Below, one piece after another: positions 60,877-64,000 of a stretch of DNA of 64,000 nt. The notes under the pieces were generated by a model. It had not been told where the DNA came from. It made no database searches and saw nothing but the letters and a program-made list of their open reading frames with translations. The stretch's first letter is position 1; each line of letters starts with the position of its first letter. The stretch comes from Prorocentrum cordatum (taxonomy: Eukaryota): NCBI GenBank assembly GCA_963575745.1, contig CAUYUJ010000248.1, positions 434,001 to 498,000 of the forward strand, read 5' to 3'. The translations under genes and the position numbers were made by a program.

Positions 60877-63070
60877 GAGGCAGGTTCCTTGCGTTCTGCG
60901 GCATCGTCAGTCTTGCCACTCTCCATAATCCAGATGTCTCGTCCTTTCCCGGCGCCATGGCAGGTGTTCTCCTTGGGTTCCGCGGTCGGGCGCTCCGCGC
61001 GGTTTGTGCTGCTATTGGACACCACCGCGAGGTTATTGCCCGAGCTGCCCGTGCTGCGCGCAAGTCTGGTCGGAGCTCGCCCAGTAGGGCCCGCAAACTC
61101 GGAAGGCTCGACATAGGTTTTAATATCGCACGGCACGTCACTGCGCCGAAGTGCGAAGCGTACGTGCGCGATGTCCTTGCAGAGCTCGGCGACAATACGG
61201 AGAGCCCCGATCGGGAGGAACCCCACGAGTTGTCGAGGCAGGATTGTGGCGGCATTGCTGATGATTATCGGTTTCTGTTTCCATGGGCGCGCCCGCGCCC
61301 TCATGCAGTGACCTACTTGTCGGCGCGCCCCTGAACCCGCTGGCTGAGATCTTCGTGCCCGCCCTGCTTGAGGACGACGCCCGTTCAGCAATCCCAGAAG
61401 CAGCAGGTGCACCTCTAGACTGTCATGCGACCCACGACATGGACATCCACTACTTCTACCTCGCCCGCGTCAATTCTCTGGAGGCACAGTTCATGGACCT
61501 ACGCAACCGTCGTATGGATGATCGGCTCTCTGGTTTGGCCTCCTCCCTCAAGCGTTGCGTGGACGAGGCTATCCTAAACGCTACCCCGAAACTGTGCACG
61601 AAATTGCAGGCTGGCATGGACTCCAAGCTCGTTGCGGTGGCCATTCAGTTCGACACCGAACTTATCTCCATGAGCAAGAAGCAGTCTGATTGCACACGGG
61701 CCCTGGTCGACAGTGTTGGGTGAAGTCATGGGCGCTATCCTAAATCTGATCCAGTCGGGCCAGTTCCCCTCCAACGCTGATACCGTGCAGGCTACGGTGG
61801 CCAGCGACGTGTCCGACTCCGTTTGGGCTGCATTATCTTATTCCCCGTCAGGATGTACCAACTTGCTGGCTCCGTCTTCGACTTGTTCGGTTTCGCCACC
61901 GACCGGGCGTCCCACCTTGAGGACGACCACGCTTGGATCAGCTTCCGCGCCGGCTGGGGATAGTAGCCTGGCCAGTACAACCGCGAGTGGCTCCGCTTCC
62001 GCGCCTACTGGAGGTTGCACCTTGAGGAGTACGATTGCGTCAGAATTCATATCAGCGCCGACCGTAGGTGACGCCTGGAGGATCACGCTTTCGAGTGGGT
62101 CACCCTCCGCGTTGTCTGGGGCTACCACCTTGAGGAGTGCGACCGCGACTGTATCAGCTTCCGCGCCTAGTGGGAGTTCAACCTCGGGTTCTGCGACCGC
62201 GACTGGAACAGCTTCCGCGCCGACTGGGGGCACCGCTCAGAACAGTACGACCGCGCCTGGATCAGCCTCCGCGCCGTCAAGGAGTACCACCATGCGAAGT
62301 GCGACCATGCTTGGATCTGCTTCCGCACCGACTGAGGGGGCCACTCTGGTAAGTACGACCGTGCTGGGTTCAGCTTCAACGCCGACTGGGGGTACCATCC
62401 TGAAAAATACGACCGCGCTTGAACCCGCTTCCGCGCCGTCCAGGAGCACCATTCGGCAAAGTACGACCGCGCTTGGATCAGCTTCAGCGGCCCCGTCGGG
62501 TATTACTTCGTGGTGTACTGGTCCATCCGCGGCTTCTTCTACTGCTGTAAGTACGCTGCGTCCTTCCACGCCTGGTCGAGCTTCCACATCGCCTGGGGGT
62601 ACCACTTTTGTAGAATACGATTGCGACTGGATCTCCTACCACCCTGAGGAATTCGGCCGCATCCGGGTCTACTTCCGCGCCGACTGGGGAGGGCAGCGGC
62701 GACAACGACATCAAGCCCCATAGCTCGAAGTTGCCGAACGAGTCCGAGGGCCACTGCGACGCGCGCCCTTGCCGCCGGATTCTGGCCCGTGGTTTTTGAA
62801 GTTGGGATTCGCGCGCTTCGTCCTCACAATCTGGCACCTCCAGTGGACTCCGACGACGACGACCTCGAGCCTGGCGGCGTTGCGACATCTTCATCTCGGT
62901 ACTTGCGTTCACCGACCAGCGGCCCCGTTCCGCCCAATGATCGCTTTAACTCCAATGTCGGCCACGTCTTCCGCGGCCGCTTCAATGGGGACAACGACCA
63001 TATCATCTACGGCCTCGCGCCGAATGCCTTTATTATCTGAGCGCGGGAAGGCCTGCCCCCGTCCGGCGTA
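60877..63070 (+). pseudogene. Fragmented retroposed transcript with 18-aa (54-bp) Ser/Thr repeats
   Basis: Follows the SL relic. Broken + strand ORFs (60867, 61283, 61713, 62789), with GSASAP repeats every 54 bp at ~61915-62490. Confidence 0.5.
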
Positions 63071-63265
63071 GCGGGGGGAGGGCGGACCGCGCATGAGGTC
63101 ATTGCCGCTCCTCCTCCTCCTCCTCCTCCTCCTCCTCCTCCTCCTCCTCCTCCTCCTCCCCCTCCCCCTCCTCCTGCTCCTCCCCCTTCTCCTCCTCCTA
63201 GCAGCAGTGTGGAACGGAGCGCGGCAGAGTGCCACAGAGCGCGCAACGCTATGTTTTCCCGCCTG

Positions 63266-63287
63266 GCCGCAACTATTGCGGCTCAAG
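63266..63287 (+). other. Degenerate spliced-leader relic
   Basis: GCCGCAACTATTGCGGCTCAAG matches the consensus at 17/22 with GGCTCAAG intact, and is followed by ORF-like sequence. Confidence 0.65.
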
Positions 63288-64000
63288 CGGTCTTTCTTGT
63301 GGCGGCGAATGGGGGATTTCGGCTGGAGACCCCCACCCGAAAGCTCCAGCCGCCGAGAGCTCCTGGGCCAGCGATTTGCGGGTCTCGCCGCGCGCGCTGG
63401 CGATCTCGACCACTGCCAACGCTTGCCTCATGATTGAACATCAGCCAGAGGCCGAAGATCCTGATAATTTGCGGGAAATGGAGATGTTCATCGACACAGC
63501 AAAGAAGATATACGAATTTGCTGAGAAAAAGGGAAAACACTAACCGGGAACGCATTCGGATTCGCGGAAGAAGTTTGCAGCCACTATTGCACAGCAGATC
63601 CGCAGCCACTATTGTACAGCAGATCCGAAGCGCGGCACCAGAATTCGTTCCTACCCTTGTGATCGCCGCCAAGAGCAAGCGGTCACAGCCTCGCACTGAA
63701 GGCGAATCTGTTGCGAGCGGAAGCAGACTGCCTACTCCCCCTGCGCCACCGCCCGGCCCAGCCGCGGCGGCGAGCTTACCTGAGCCCCCGCCTGGCCCAG
63801 CCAGAGCGGAGGCCAAACCGACGCAGGGAGATCAGATGATGGTTGATTCGAATGCTGCTGCTGCGCCACACGCTGCGCCTCATGAGGTTGCCGAACCGCC
63901 CCCCACCAGAGATGTTCCGAGCTCTTCCGATGAGGAGGCTGCTCCCGCTGCAAAGGCACCGCCGCCAGCCGTCGCTTCGAGTGTATATAACGCGGCGGAG

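Overview
Eukaryotic, GC-rich, repeat-dominated DNA, almost certainly dinoflagellate: it holds three relics of the dinoflagellate spliced leader DCCGTAGCCATTTTGGCTCAAG (16273, 60854, 63266). The centrepiece is a giant non-LTR retrotransposon at 16273-47771 (31.5 kb; about 27.5 kb without a nested insertion). It starts with a spliced-leader relic, ends in a (TA)n tail and sits inside a 13-bp target-site duplication (GTATCCCTACCAG). All on the + strand, it encodes a long repeat-containing N-terminal region, a RING-H2 finger, a degenerate C5-DNA-methyltransferase, APE endonuclease, reverse transcriptase, zinc knuckle, SET-like segment, RNase H, a UPF1/DNA2-type SF1 helicase and a Cys-rich ORF. Several stops and frameshifts interrupt it. 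A 252-bp relative with an A tail sits at the same nucleotide of the neighbouring copy of the same host repeat, which suggests target-site specificity. A 4-kb satellite-filled DNA-transposon-like insertion (9-bp TSD) is nested in it. The rest is satellites ((GAC)n, 11-bp TTGCCATGC-type, 75/90/420-bp units), an intronless atypical Ser/Thr kinase, and SL-headed or LINE-derived fragments in (CCT)n tracts. Most ORFs in the supplied track are artefacts of repeats and high GC. Domain calls are by visual motif recognition only; no searches were run.
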